Source of the DNA: Anaeromyxobacter sp. | Lineage (GTDB): Bacteria; Myxococcota; Myxococcia; Myxococcales; Anaeromyxobacteraceae | Direction of reading: 5' to 3' | DNA length: 64,000 nucleotides | Assembly: GCA_049840735.1 (NCBI GenBank) | Contig: JASGJN010000010.1 | Location: 34,242-98,241, forward strand | Part shown: positions 10,493-22,545 of the stretch, piece by piece | Position numbering within the stretch: position 1 is the stretch's first letter | How the letters are laid out: each line of letters starts with the position of its first letter | The notes under the pieces: generated by a model | What the model was told of the DNA's origin: nothing | What the model saw: the letters and a program-made list of their open reading frames with translations, nothing else | Databases searched by the model: none | Translations under genes and position numbers: made by a program

Positions 10493-11599
10493 CTACTTGC
10501 CCGACCCCAGGAACTGCTTGATGGAGGCGTAGATCGCGTCCTTGTCGGCGATCTCGGAGAGCGCCACGTTCTCGCGCGCGCCCACCGCCTCCTTGAGGTC
10601 CTTGATGAACTGCCCGGAGCCGTACGGGCTCTCCACCTGCCCGTAGCAGAAGAGGTTCACCGCCGGCAGGATGCGCGACTGCAGGAGGTCCACGCAGAGC
10701 CGCGTGTCGTCCGCGCTCCAGTTGTCGCCGTCGGAGAAGTGGAACGGGTAGACGTTCCAGGAGGAGGGCGCGTAGTCGGTCTCGATCATCTCCAGCGCCA
10801 GCCGGTAGGCGCTGGAGATCATGGTGCCGCCCGACTCGCGGGTGTGGAAGAAGGTGTCGCGGTCGACCTCGCGCGCCACCGCGTCGTGGATGATGAAGCG
10901 GGTCTCGAGCCCCTTGTAGTGGCGCCGCAGCCAGGTGTCGATCCAGAAGGACTCGATGCGCACGATCTCCTTCTGCTCGTCCCCCATCGAGCCGGACACG
11001 TCCATCATGTAGATCACGACGGCGTTGGTCTCGGGCAGCGGCACCTGCTTCCAGGTGCGGTAGCGCCGGTCCTCGCGCACCGGGATGATGACCGGGTTCT
11101 TGCGGTTGTAGGAGCCGCTGGCGATCTGCCGCCGCAGCGCCTGCTTGTAGGTGCGCTTGAAGTGGCGCAGCGACTCCGGCCCGGAGGGCGAGATGCCGGT
11201 GTACTTGAGCCGGGTGGTGACGATGCGGTCCTTGCCGCGCGGCTGGATGCGCGGCAGGGCCAGCTCCTCGCCCATGATGTCGGCCAGCTCCTCCAGCGAG
11301 ACGTCCACCTCGAGGATGTGCTGGCCCTCGCCCTGGCCCGCCTTGCCGCTGCCGGGCTGCGCCTCCGAGGGCGACAGCGGGTCGCCCGGGTCGCCCTCGC
11401 CCTGGCCCACGCCGCCCTGGCTCTTCTCGCCGTAGCGGAAGTGCGGGATGTCGATGGCGGGCACGGGGATGGTGATGAAGTCCTTCCCCTTCTTGCCGAC
11501 CATCTCTCCCTTCTGGATGTACTTCTTGAGGTTCCGCTTGATGCGGCCGCGGACGATGTCGCGGAACCGGGCGTGGTCCTGCTTGATCTTGAGCGACAT
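10493..11599 (-). CDS. yeaH: YeaH/YhbH (DUF444) family protein
   Basis: [12 protein letters not shown] start, [26 protein letters not shown]; lies between prkA and spoVR. Confidence 0.9.
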   Translation of the reverse strand: MSLKIKQDHARFRDIVRGRIKRNLKKYIQKGEMVGKKGKDFITIPVPAIDIPHFRYGEKSQGGVGQGEGDPGDPLSPSEAQPGSGKAGQGEGQHILEVDVSLEELADIMGEELALPRIQPRGKDRIVTTRLKYTGISPSGPESLRHFKRTYKQALRRQIASGSYNRKNPVIIPVREDRRYRTWKQVPLPETNAVVIYMMDVSGSMGDEQKEIVRIESFWIDTWLRRHYKGLETRFIIHDAVAREVDRDTFFHTRESGGTMISSAYRLALEMIETDYAPSSWNVYPFHFSDGDNWSADDTRLCVDLLQSRILPAVNLFCYGQVESPYGSGQFIKDLKEAVGARENVALSEIADKDAIYASIKQFLGSGK

Positions 11600-11643
11600 G
11601 CCGCGCGCCCCTGGTCTGGACCTTGCGGGCCCGGTGGAGTCCG

Positions 11644-13716
<2,073 letters not shown>

Positions 13717-13918
13717 CGTGCTCCTCGAAGTCGATCCGGCCGGCGTGGCCGGTGAAGGGAGCATAAGGACCAGCCAGGCGGGTTGCAGAGTCAGGCGACG
13801 CCCAGCCGTGACCCCGTGGGGTGTGACGGGCGGCTGGGGGCTGCTCGAATGGAGTGCGCGCGGGCGGGCGGACGGCCCAACCGCGGTCGTGACGAGCGAC
13901 GCCGCGCGGCCCCAGGAC

Positions 13919-14957
13919 TCAGGGACGCGGGCGCTTGAAGTACTCGACCTGCCAGGTGTGCACGGCCGCGTTGTGGCAGGCCAGGTCCGGACAGAACACG
14001 TGCGACCCGTCGTTGCGCGACACGAAGTAGAGGTCGTTGCAGTCGGCCGGGGCCAGCGCCGCCTGCAGGGCGGCCGCCCCCGGGCTGGCGATGGGGCCGG
14101 GCGGGAGGCCGGCGGTCGTGTACGTGTTGTACGGGTGGGCCGCCATGAGGTCGGCGCGCGAGATGTTCCGCGACCAGCGGCCGGTGCGCAGCATGGTCGC
14201 GTACATCACGGTGGGATCGGTCTGGAGCCGCATCCCGGTGCGGAGCCGGTTGTGGAACACGCAGGCGATCCGCGGCCGCTCCTCCGGGCGCCCCGTCTCC
14301 TTCTCCACGATCGAGGCCAGCGTGACCGCCGGCCCGATCCCCAGCAGCACGCCGTCCTTCCGCTGCGCCTCGGCCCTGGCCCACTCGGCCTTGAACCGCT
14401 GCACCATCGCCACGGCGATGGCCCTGGCGTTCACGCCGCGCGGGAAGGCGTAGGTGTCGGGGAAGAGGAAGCCCTCCAGCGAGTCGTAGGGCAGGTCGAG
14501 CGACCGGGCGACCTCGGGGTCGCGCGCCACGGCCAGGAACTCCGCGCCGCTCGCCAGCCCGCTCTGGTCGATGATGGCCGCGATTCTCGTCGGCCCGCAG
14601 CCCCTCCGGCACGGTGAACTTGTAGACCTTCACCAGCCCGAGGTGGACGCGCTCCAGCGCCTCGTCCGGCGTGAGGCCGCCGCTGAACGCGTACTCGCCG
14701 GAGCGGAAGGGGCGGGGGTCGCGCTTCACGAACCGGAAATAGAGCCAGGCCCGGCGCTCCTCCGAGAGGACGCCCGCCTGGGCGAGCGCGCGGATCACCG
14801 CCCGCCCCGACGCGCCGGGCGGGATGACCACGACCTTCTCCTCGGGGCCGCCGTAGCGCGCGTGGCGGAACCCGGAGACCGAGCGCCAGGCCAGGAAGCC
14901 CACGGCGCCCGCCCCCGCGAGGAGCAGGACCAGGAGGATGAGCAGGGCGCGCTTCAC
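13919..14957 (-). CDS. mltG: endolytic transglycosylase MltG, split by a +1 frameshift near 14584 (probable sequencing error)
   Basis: N-terminal membrane anchor, [46 protein letters not shown] instead of GAGATC breaks the frame. Confidence 0.88.
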
Positions 14958-15367
14958 GGCGTGCCTCGGTCCAGCCAGCCCTGCAGGATCACCGCCGCTG
15001 CCTCCGCGTCCACCATGCCCCTGGCATCCTTCGACGAAATCCCCCGGTCGCGCAAGCGGGTCTCCGCCTCGAAGGAGGAGAGCCGCTCGTCGTACAGCTC
15101 CACCGGCACGCCCAGCGCCGCCTCCAGGCGCGGCGCAAACGCGCGGGCGTAGCGGGCCGAAGGCCCTTCGCTCCCGTCCATGTTGAGCGGCAGGCCCAGC
15201 ACGGCGCGCGTGACCTCGTAGTCCCTGGCGACGGCGGCGATGGCCTCCAGGTCCTGCCGCTCGTTGCGGCGGGTCACGGTGGTGACGGCGCGGGCGGTCC
15301 GCAGCACCTCGTCGGCCACGGCGAGGCCGATCCGGACCCGTCCCAGGTCGACTCCGAGCGTGCGCAT
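14954..15367 (-). CDS. ruvX: RuvX/YqgF pre-16S rRNA nuclease
   Basis: LGVDLGRVRIGLA, GLPLNMDGSEG, DERLSS, VDAEAA; 4-bp overlap with mltG. Confidence 0.92.
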   Translation of the reverse strand: MRTLGVDLGRVRIGLAVADEVLRTARAVTTVTRRNERQDLEAIAAVARDYEVTRAVLGLPLNMDGSEGPSARYARAFAPRLEAALGVPVELYDERLSSFEAETRLRDRGISSKDARGMVDAEAAAVILQGWLDRGTP

Positions 15368-15413
15368 GGCGGTGGAATCTAGACCAGGCGCGGTGCGTCG
15401 TCGAACGCCGCAT

Positions 15414-15449
15414 GGTCCGTGCGACGGACCATGGTCCGCGGCGCGGACC
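15414..15449. promoter_or_regulatory. two tandem 17-bp palindromes (GGTCCG-N5-CGGACC), candidate enhancer sites
   Basis: GGTCCGTGCGACGGACC at 15414-15430 and GGTCCGCGGCGCGGACC at 15433-15449, upstream of a sigma54 motif. Confidence 0.65.
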
Positions 15450-15490
15450 CTCGCGGCGGGGCCTGATGCCGCCTGGCGCGGGTTTGGCGC

Positions 15491-15506
15491 TGGCACGGCG
15501 CGCGCT
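15491..15506 (+). promoter_or_regulatory. sigma54 (-24/-12) promoter
   Basis: TGGCACGGCGCGCGCT = GG-N10-GC, about 60 bp upstream of ATG 15565. Confidence 0.65.
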
Positions 15507-15564
15507 CTGGGAGGTGGGCAACCGAGCCGGGGCTTCCCCGGCCGCTCCACGGAGGAAACCCGCC

Positions 15565-16467
15565 ATGATCTCCCCCGCCTGCACCCCGGCCACCGGCCCG
15601 TCCTTCGAGCCGCTGGCCGCCCAGTCCGCCACCGCCAGCGCCCTGCACGCCGGCGCGGATCGCCTGCTGGCGCTCCCCGCCGGGCGCTCCCCGCTGACCG
15701 CCGCGCCCGCCCAGGCGTACGCGGCGCGGACCGCCCGCCGGACCATGCTCGGCTACGCCAGCGCGCCGGCCCCCGCCACCCGGCCCAGGACCACCACCAC
15801 CAAGAAGACCACCACGTCGAAGGGGGCGCTGGCCTTCCTCGACGACAAGACGCTCACGGTCGAGGAGAAGCTCTTCCGGTTCCTCCTCTACGTGGCCGAC
15901 AAGTACGACAAGGCCATCGAGAAGAAGCTGGACGAGATCTCGGGGAAGTCGAAGGCCAAGACCACCTCCACGTCGGGCTCGAGCGGCACCAAGAAGAGCA
16001 AGAAGAAGGGGCTCTTCGGCTCCCTGGCGGGCTCGCTGGGCAAGGCGCTCAGCGTCGTGACGCCGCTGGTCGGGCTGCCGCTCAAGCTGCTGGGCGACAA
16101 GGGGGTCATGTCGCTCGTGAAGCAGGTGAGCGGGCCGGTGCTGGCGGCTGGCGCCACCGCGCTCGGGATGCCCATGCTGGCGCCGGTGCTCGCGAAGGCC
16201 GGGCCGGAGCTGCTGGCGGGGGCGGCGAGCGCCCTGGAGAAGCTGACGGGAGGCTCTGGCGGCTCGTCGTCCGGGTCTTCCTCCGGCTCGTCCTCCTCGG
16301 GCACGAGCAAGAGCAGCAGCGCCTCGGAGCCGGACGTGTCGCAGAAGGACACGCTCGAGCTGCAGCGGCTCCAGGACAAGCAGAAGGAGATGTTCTCGCT
16401 GGTCTCCAACCTGCTCCGCTCCATGCACGACACGCGCATGGCGGTCATCTCCAACATCCGCTCCTGA
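15565..16467 (+). CDS. hypothetical protein with T3SS translocator/needle-like features
   Basis: GGAGG RBS before ATG; low-complexity N-terminus, coiled coil, two hydrophobic segments, C-terminus MFSLVSNLLRSMHDTRMAVISNIRS. Confidence 0.65.
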   Translation: MISPACTPATGPSFEPLAAQSATASALHAGADRLLALPAGRSPLTAAPAQAYAARTARRTMLGYASAPAPATRPRTTTTKKTTTSKGALAFLDDKTLTVEEKLFRFLLYVADKYDKAIEKKLDEISGKSKAKTTSTSGSSGTKKSKKKGLFGSLAGSLGKALSVVTPLVGLPLKLLGDKGVMSLVKQVSGPVLAAGATALGMPMLAPVLAKAGPELLAGAASALEKLTGGSGGSSSGSSSGSSSSGTSKSSSASEPDVSQKDTLELQRLQDKQKEMFSLVSNLLRSMHDTRMAVISNIRS

Positions 16468-16475
16468 GGCGCGCC

Positions 16476-16973
16476 ATGGCCGACACGGAGCTGGAGCTCG
16501 AGGGCGTGGACGAGGTGGAGCGAGCGGTCGAAGGGGAGGGGGCGGACGACGGGCTGGATGGCGACGAGCGCGCGGCGCTGGCGGGCGGGGCGACGCTGGC
16601 CGAGGTCCATGGGCTCACGGCCGAGCTGGGGGGCGCCATCCTCGACCTGGCCGAGGCAGAGCTGCGCGCCGGGCGGCTGGAGCAGGCCCGGACGCTGCTG
16701 GAGGGGCTGGTGGTTTCGAATCCTTTCGATGGCCACGCCTGGGGTCTTCTTTCGAGCACCCACCGGAGGCTGGGGCAGCCGCTGGCGGCGCGCTTCTGCG
16801 CCGAGGTCGCAGTGAAGCTCGTTCCGGAGGACCCCTGGGCCCGGCTGGCCAGGGTCGAGAGCTGCCTGGCGATGGGCCAGGGGGAGGAGGCGCGGGCGGA
16901 GCTGTGTGCGCTCACAGACGACACGGAGGTCGGCGGCCGCGCGCGCATGCTCGCCGGAGCGCTCTCACGGTGA
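16476..16973 (+). CDS. TPR protein resembling SycD/LcrH class II T3SS chaperones
   Basis: acidic N-terminus; TLAEVHGLT...[30 protein letters not shown] pattern. Confidence 0.65.
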   Translation: MADTELELEGVDEVERAVEGEGADDGLDGDERAALAGGATLAEVHGLTAELGGAILDLAEAELRAGRLEQARTLLEGLVVSNPFDGHAWGLLSSTHRRLGQPLAARFCAEVAVKLVPEDPWARLARVESCLAMGQGEEARAELCALTDDTEVGGRARMLAGALSR

Positions 16974-17028
16974 ACGCCGAGGGCCCGAAACCCGCCGCCA
17001 AACGGGTGAAATCGCCAACGCGACGTCC

Positions 17029-17057
17029 TTGACGGCTCTATTCCGTTTCGGGATAGT
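17029..17057 (+). promoter_or_regulatory. candidate sigma70 promoter of the cold-shock gene
   Basis: TTGACG-17 bp-GATAGT in a locally AT-richer intergenic stretch. Confidence 0.45.
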
Positions 17058-17136
17058 CCGCCGCCGAGCCCAGGGTCCGTGCCCCGAGGCTCCAGGGGCC
17101 GGCGGTCGGCCCAGGGAACGAAGAAGGAAGCGTGCG

Positions 17137-17337
17137 ATGGCTATCGGCACCGTGAAGTGGTTCAACGACGCGAAGGGCTTCGGCTTCATCTCGCAGGATG
17201 GCGGCGAGGACGTGTTCGTCCACCACACCGCCATCCAGATGGATGGGTTCCGCACCCTGAAGGAGGGTGAGCAGGTGCAGTTCGACATCACCCAGGGCCC
17301 CAAGGGGCTTCAGGCGGCGAACGTCCGCCGTCCGTAG
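17137..17337 (+). CDS. csp: cold-shock protein
   Basis: [29 protein letters not shown]. Confidence 0.96.
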   Translation: MAIGTVKWFNDAKGFGFISQDGGEDVFVHHTAIQMDGFRTLKEGEQVQFDITQGPKGLQAANVRRP

Positions 17338-17505
17338 TAACTTCGGTCCGTCGATGAGCACCGGGCGGCCTCGGAACCAACCGAGGCCGCTCGCGCTTCG
17401 AGCGGGTCCGGCGTGGCGCGCCGGACGGACGGTTCCCTCCAGACGACGAGGCCAGCGGCTCCGCACGGACGGAGCCGGAGCGCGACACCAAGTGGAAAGG
17501 CAAGG

Positions 17506-17727
17506 ATGAGCGAGAAGGAAGCAGGCATCGAGGTACAGGGCACCGTCGAGGAGGCGCTCGCGGGCGGCATGTACCGCGTGAAGGTGGACCAGGGCCCGGT
17601 GGTCCTGGCCTACGCCTCGGGCAAGATGAAGAAGTTCCACATCCGCATCATCCCGGGCGACCGGGTGAAGCTCGAGCTGTCGCCGTACGACCTGACGCGC
17701 GGCCGCATCACCTACCGCGACAAGTGA
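17506..17727 (+). CDS. infA: translation initiation factor IF-1
   Basis: [34 protein letters not shown]. Confidence 0.95.
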   Translation: MSEKEAGIEVQGTVEEALAGGMYRVKVDQGPVVLAYASGKMKKFHIRIIPGDRVKLELSPYDLTRGRITYRDK

Positions 17728-17842
17728 GCTGCGGCCCCGCCTGCCCCACGACTCCGCCGCCGGCCCCAGGCCGGCGGCTGCGCTCGGGGCAGATGGGCCC
17801 GCGGGCTCCCTCGGCTCCGTTCGCCCGGGCCGGCGAGTCTCC

Positions 17843-19009
17843 ATGACCTCGACGGTCCGCGCGCTGGATCCCGCCGGGAGCGCCGCACCTCCCCGCCGGA
17901 AGCTCTGGCTCGACTGGCAGCGCGGCCTGGCCGTGCTGTTCATGGTCGAGGTGCATGTCCTCGACGCGTGGCTGGCGGTCTCCGAGCGCAGCGGCGTCAC
18001 CTACGACGTCCTCCGGATGATCGGCGGCTTCGCCGCGCCCGGCTTCCTCTACATGGCCGGGCTCTCCCAGGCGCTGGCCGACGCGGCCATGGCGCGCAAG
18101 GGCGCCACCCCGCGCCAGCGCCTGCTGGCGGCGCTGCGCCGGGGGCTCTGGCTCTTGGGCGTGGCCTACGCGTTCCGGCTCACCGAGTTCCTCTTCGGCC
18201 GCGCCTTCCTCCGCCCGGACGGCTGGCGCGACCTGTTCCGGGTCGACATCCTGAACATCATCGCGGTGGGGCTGCTGCTCTCGGCCCTGCTCACCGCCGG
18301 CCGCCGGCGCGGGCTGGCCACCGCGCTGGCCGCGGCGGGGGCGGCGCTGGTGGTGCTGGTCACCCCGCCCATCGCCGACGCGCTCAGGCACTACGACCTG
18401 CCCAGCGCCACGCGCCTGGTCGAGCCGCCCATCCTCCAGGCCCCCAACCACGCCGCCGACGTCCTGCTGGCCTACCTGTACGGCCGCTACCCGCGCGCCA
18501 TCTTCTCCATCTTCAACTGGACCGCCTTCCTGCTGGCCGGCGCGGCCCTGGCGCCGCTGGCGCTGCGCGGCGTGCGGGCCATCACGTGGCTCGGGGCCGC
18601 CGCGCTGCTGGCGGGCGCGGGCCTGCTGGTCGACCGCGGCCCGGACTTCTACGCCCTCCAGGACTACTGGCACACCTCGCCCGCCTGGTTCCTGCTGCGG
18701 CTGGGCGGCTGCGTGGCCCTGAGCGGCCTGCTGCAGCTCTTGCCCGCCGCCGCGGAGCGCGCGCTGGGCTGGCTCACGCAGCTCGGGCGGGAGTCGCTGG
18801 TGGCCTACCTGGTGTCGGTCGAGCTGACCTACGGCGTGCTGGTCCACTCGCTCTCGCGCCGCCTCTCGATGGCCTGGACGCTGGCCGGGATGGTGGCCAT
18901 GGCCGCGTTCACCTGGGTCGCCGTGGTGGCCTGGGCGCGGCTCCTGGCGCTGTGGCGGGCCCGCGGCGCGGCGCGCGGCGGCGGAGCGTCGCCGCCCGCG
19001 GTGGCGTGA
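17843..19009 (+). CDS. HGSNAT-like/DUF1624 membrane acyltransferase
   Basis: LDWQRGLAVLFMVEVH, AAPGFLYMAG, RVDILNII, LGRESLVAY; many TM segments. Confidence 0.75.
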   Translation: MTSTVRALDPAGSAAPPRRKLWLDWQRGLAVLFMVEVHVLDAWLAVSERSGVTYDVLRMIGGFAAPGFLYMAGLSQALADAAMARKGATPRQRLLAALRRGLWLLGVAYAFRLTEFLFGRAFLRPDGWRDLFRVDILNIIAVGLLLSALLTAGRRRGLATALAAAGAALVVLVTPPIADALRHYDLPSATRLVEPPILQAPNHAADVLLAYLYGRYPRAIFSIFNWTAFLLAGAALAPLALRGVRAITWLGAAALLAGAGLLVDRGPDFYALQDYWHTSPAWFLLRLGGCVALSGLLQLLPAAAERALGWLTQLGRESLVAYLVSVELTYGVLVHSLSRRLSMAWTLAGMVAMAAFTWVAVVAWARLLALWRARGAARGGGASPPAVA

Positions 19010-19029
19010 GCGGAGCCCGCGGCCCGCCG

Positions 19030-21072
19030 CTAGCGGTCCTCGCCCTCCAGCCCCTCCGCCTCTCCCGGCTCCTCCGTCCCGGGCGGCACCGCCGCGGACG
19101 GGCTCGCGAACACCAGCCGCTGCGCCAGCGCCGCCTCGAGCTCCTCCGGCGTGAGCGACCCCTGCTCCGCCATGCGACCCAGCAGCCGGTCCACCCGCGC
19201 GTCCCAGGTCTCGGTGGTCGCGCCGCGGTTCCACATGAAGTGGAAGCGCACCGGGTTCGGGATCACCGTCGCCAGGAAGGCCGCCTCCCTCGGCGTGAGC
19301 TGCCGGGCGTCCTTCCCGAACCAGTGGCGCGCCGCCGGCCCGATGCCCCACAGCCCCGGCCCCCACTCCACCACGTTCAGGTAGATCTCCATCAGCCGGC
19401 CCTTCGGGACGCTGGCCTCCAGGCCGATGGTGATCACCGCCTCCCGCACCTTGCGGGCCAGCGTGCGCGAGCGGGTCAGGTAGAGGTTCTTGGCCAGCTG
19501 CTGCGTGATGGTCGAGCCGCCCCGCATCCGCGTCCGCTTGCCGTCCTGCCCCTCCGCCACCGCGTTGCGCAGCTCCTCGAAGTCGAAGCCCTGGTGGCCG
19601 AAGAAGCCGCCGTCCTCGCTGGCGGTGACGGCGCGCACCACGTACCCGGGCAGCTCGGCCACCGGCACGAAGTCGCCGCTCGCCGGGCCGACGGTCAGCA
19701 CCGGGGCCGCGCCGGTGTCGAGGGTGGGGCGGTGCTGGAAGCTGCCGCGGAGCGCCACGGCCGGCGCCTTGCGGGCGGCCTCGCGCATGCGCGAGAGGTC
19801 GATGGCCGCGTCCACGGTCCAGGCGCCCGGGACCTGCAGCGGGCCAGAGAGGCCCAGGTGCGCGTCGAAGGTGCCGGCCGGCCGGGGCGCCTGCGGCGGC
19901 GGCGCCAGCGCGCCGGGCAGCGCGCCCACCACCGCGGCGTAGTCCACGCCGTCGGCCCGGGCCGAGAAGGAGAAGGGGAGGCCGGGGCCGAGCCGGGCCT
20001 CGCCCTCGAGCTGCACCGCCGCCCCCAGCGTGCTGGCGCGGCCGCCGGTGAGGGAGACGCGCTGCTCGGCGCGATCCCAGCGGAGCCGGCCTTCGAGCGC
20101 ACCGGCGAGCGGTCCGACCGGCGTGGGCGCGATGGCGTCCCCCTCGACCGTGAGCCCCGTGAGCGAGGCGGTGAGGTGTCCGTCGGCGGTGGCCAGGTCG
20201 GGCGCGGCGTCGCCGTGCGCGGCCAGCTCCAGGGTGCCGCCAATCCAGGCCACCGGGATCGGCCCGCGCCCCGGGGTGCCGCTCCAGCTGGCGGCGTCGA
20301 TGGGGGGGCGACCCGCGGCCAGCGCCGGTGGCTCAGCCTGCGGGCGCGCCTGGAGCAGCCCCGGCCCGAGGCCGGACAGCCGCAGGGTGCCGTGCCAGCC
20401 GGTCCGATCGCGCCGCAGCTCCAGCGCGCCGCTGCCGTCGTCCGGCAGCTGCAGATCCAGCTCCAGCTGGCTCCCCTCGCCGCTGCGCGCGCGGCGCAGC
20501 AGCAGGTGGATGGGGCCGGTCTCCCAGTCCCTCCCGGCGGCGTGGAAGGCGACCACCAGGTTGCGCACCAGGATGGGCGCGGCCGCGCCCTCCTCCTCCT
20601 CCGCGGCGGCCGCCTCCACGCCGGGCGCAGGCGGCCCGGACGGCTTGCGGGCCGGGCGGCGCAGCCGCTGCCCCAGCTCGCGCAGGACGTGCTCGCGGTC
20701 CGGCAGCTCCAGCCGCACGCCGTAGAGGCGCACCGAGGCCGGCTCCACCCGGGCCATCAGCAGGGACCAGAGCCGCGGACGGACCCGGACCCGCTCGATG
20801 CGCAGCAGCGGGGCGTCGGCCGGGCGCGACCCGGCCAGCACCACCGGCCCGAACGTGACGCGGAGCAGGGGGTCCACGTGGACCTCCTGCCCGACCGTCA
20901 CCTCGCCCAGCAGCCGCGCGCGTAGCGCGGACTCGATCTTCCCCCGCAGGGTGGCCTGAACCCCGTCCCGCGAGAGGACCAGCAGGAGGCCCGCGTAAAG
21001 CGCCACCAGCACGCCCAGGACCTGCGCCAGGGCGCGCACTCGTCGGCGGGCAGGGGAGCGGGGAGGGGCCAT
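19030..21072 (-). CDS. GT51 peptidoglycan transglycosylase with long N-terminal extension, no transpeptidase domain
   Basis: EDGGFFGHQG, GGSTITQQLAKNL, RKVRE, YLNVVEWG. Confidence 0.88.
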   Translation of the reverse strand: MAPPRSPARRRVRALAQVLGVLVALYAGLLLVLSRDGVQATLRGKIESALRARLLGEVTVGQEVHVDPLLRVTFGPVVLAGSRPADAPLLRIERVRVRPRLWSLLMARVEPASVRLYGVRLELPDREHVLRELGQRLRRPARKPSGPPAPGVEAAAAEEEEGAAAPILVRNLVVAFHAAGRDWETGPIHLLLRRARSGEGSQLELDLQLPDDGSGALELRRDRTGWHGTLRLSGLGPGLLQARPQAEPPALAAGRPPIDAASWSGTPGRGPIPVAWIGGTLELAAHGDAAPDLATADGHLTASLTGLTVEGDAIAPTPVGPLAGALEGRLRWDRAEQRVSLTGGRASTLGAAVQLEGEARLGPGLPFSFSARADGVDYAAVVGALPGALAPPPQAPRPAGTFDAHLGLSGPLQVPGAWTVDAAIDLSRMREAARKAPAVALRGSFQHRPTLDTGAAPVLTVGPASGDFVPVAELPGYVVRAVTASEDGGFFGHQGFDFEELRNAVAEGQDGKRTRMRGGSTITQQLAKNLYLTRSRTLARKVREAVITIGLEASVPKGRLMEIYLNVVEWGPGLWGIGPAARHWFGKDARQLTPREAAFLATVIPNPVRFHFMWNRGATTETWDARVDRLLGRMAEQGSLTPEELEAALAQRLVFASPSAAVPPGTEEPGEAEGLEGEDR

Positions 21073-21193
21073 GGGGCGCGGCGCTCAATACAGGCCCTGC
21101 GGCGGGAGATCAACCGGGTCGGGCGTCCGCCGGGGGGCTGTCGAGCACTCGAGGGGATGAAACTGGCGACAGGGCTGTTATCCTCCCTTGAAC

Positions 21194-22474
21194 ATGGCTT
21201 TTCTTGGTCCCAGCCTGCGGCGCCGGAAGGTCTCGGAGCGCCCTGCGGCACGGTCGCTCACGGCCGTGCTGGTCTCGCTGGCGATCAACGCCGCGGTGCT
21301 GCTGATCCTGTTCGCTGCCGGCGCCTTCGATCCGGTCGAGCCCAAGAAGGTGAAGCAGGTCACCCTGGCGCCGCTCACCAGCGCCCAGTGGGAGGCCAAC
21401 CGGGCCATCAGCGGCGCTCCCCGACCCCCATCCACCACGGCGCCGCCGCTCCTCCCCAAGGAGCTGGCCAAGGTGGTGCCGCCCCCCCCGCCGCCGCCCG
21501 AGAAGAAGCAGGGCGGGCAGATCGTCCAGGTGGCGCCGTCCAAGGACTCGAAGAAGCCGGACAGCGCGCGCTACCTCTCCGACCGCGACAACTCGGTGGA
21601 GAAGGAGACCGTCTCGCGCTGGCAGGGCAGCCAGTACTACGAGAACGTCCTCCCGTCCCCCAGCGACGGCGTCCACAAGAAGCTCCCGCCGGCGGCCGAG
21701 GCCAAGGGCGAGGGCGGCAAGGGCGCCGAGAGCCACGAGGGCAAGGAGGGCGACGTCCAGCGCGGCACCGGCGCCGACAAGCTGCAGCTGCCCAAGCAGG
21801 CGGTGCAGGACAAGCTCGCGCTCGAGCGCGGAACCAACGGTGACCGGCCGGGCGAGGTGACGGTGGCGCCCAAGGAGGACCGCGACCACGTGGCCGGCGC
21901 CGGCGACCAGCTGGCGCTGCCCGGGTCCGCCGAGGCCGGCGGCGGCGCGAAGAAGCAGGGCTCCATGGACGCCCGGCTGCTGCCCGACATGCGGACCATG
22001 GAGCGGATCGCCGGCGGCCCGTCGATGGACCGGATCGACGGCGTCGAGACCGGCGACGTCACGGCCCTCAACACGCGCGGCTTCAAGTACGCCACCTACA
22101 TCAACCGGATGATGGACCCCATCGCCAAGGAGTGGCAGCGCCGCGCGCGCGAGGCCTACCTGGCGCGCGATCCGGACGGCACCGTCTACCCGATCCAGGA
22201 CCGGACCAACGCCGTGATGGTGGAGCTGAACGCCGACGGCAGCGTGGCCTCCATCCACTTCCTGCAGCGCTGCGGCCTGGACTTCCTCGACCGCACCGTG
22301 ACCGACGCGGTCAACGCGGCCGGTCCGTTCCCCAACCCGCCGCCGGGGCTGGCCGATCCGGACGGGAAGATCCGCATCGCCTTCTCGACCACCTTCATGC
22401 CCGCCCGCCCCAGCATGCGCGCGCTGCCGCCGCCGGGCTGGTCGCGCCAGGGACAGCAGCCGTATCCGCAGTAG
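21194..22474 (+). CDS. TonB/TolA C-terminal domain protein
   Basis: N-terminal TM helix, Pro/Lys-rich linker, C-terminal ELNADGSV...GLDFLDRTVTDAVNAAGPFPNPP. Confidence 0.75.
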   Translation: MAFLGPSLRRRKVSERPAARSLTAVLVSLAINAAVLLILFAAGAFDPVEPKKVKQVTLAPLTSAQWEANRAISGAPRPPSTTAPPLLPKELAKVVPPPPPPPEKKQGGQIVQVAPSKDSKKPDSARYLSDRDNSVEKETVSRWQGSQYYENVLPSPSDGVHKKLPPAAEAKGEGGKGAESHEGKEGDVQRGTGADKLQLPKQAVQDKLALERGTNGDRPGEVTVAPKEDRDHVAGAGDQLALPGSAEAGGGAKKQGSMDARLLPDMRTMERIAGGPSMDRIDGVETGDVTALNTRGFKYATYINRMMDPIAKEWQRRAREAYLARDPDGTVYPIQDRTNAVMVELNADGSVASIHFLQRCGLDFLDRTVTDAVNAAGPFPNPPPGLADPDGKIRIAFSTTFMPARPSMRALPPPGWSRQGQQPYPQ

Positions 22475-22490
22475 CGGCGGGGCTGGGGCG

Positions 22491-22540
22491 CCCTTCGACT
22501 CCGCCCGCCCTGCGCTTGCCGAAGGGTCAGGGCGAACGGC
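22491..22540. repeat. degenerate REP-like element
   Basis: CCCTTCGACTCCG...TCAGGGCGAACGG between convergent genes. Confidence 0.65.
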
Positions 22541-22545
22541 CGTCA

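Noticed and set aside
13760..13776. sigma54 promoter for prkA (minus strand TGGCTGGTCCTTATGCT)
   Set aside because: The GG-to-GC spacing is 11 rather than the required 10.
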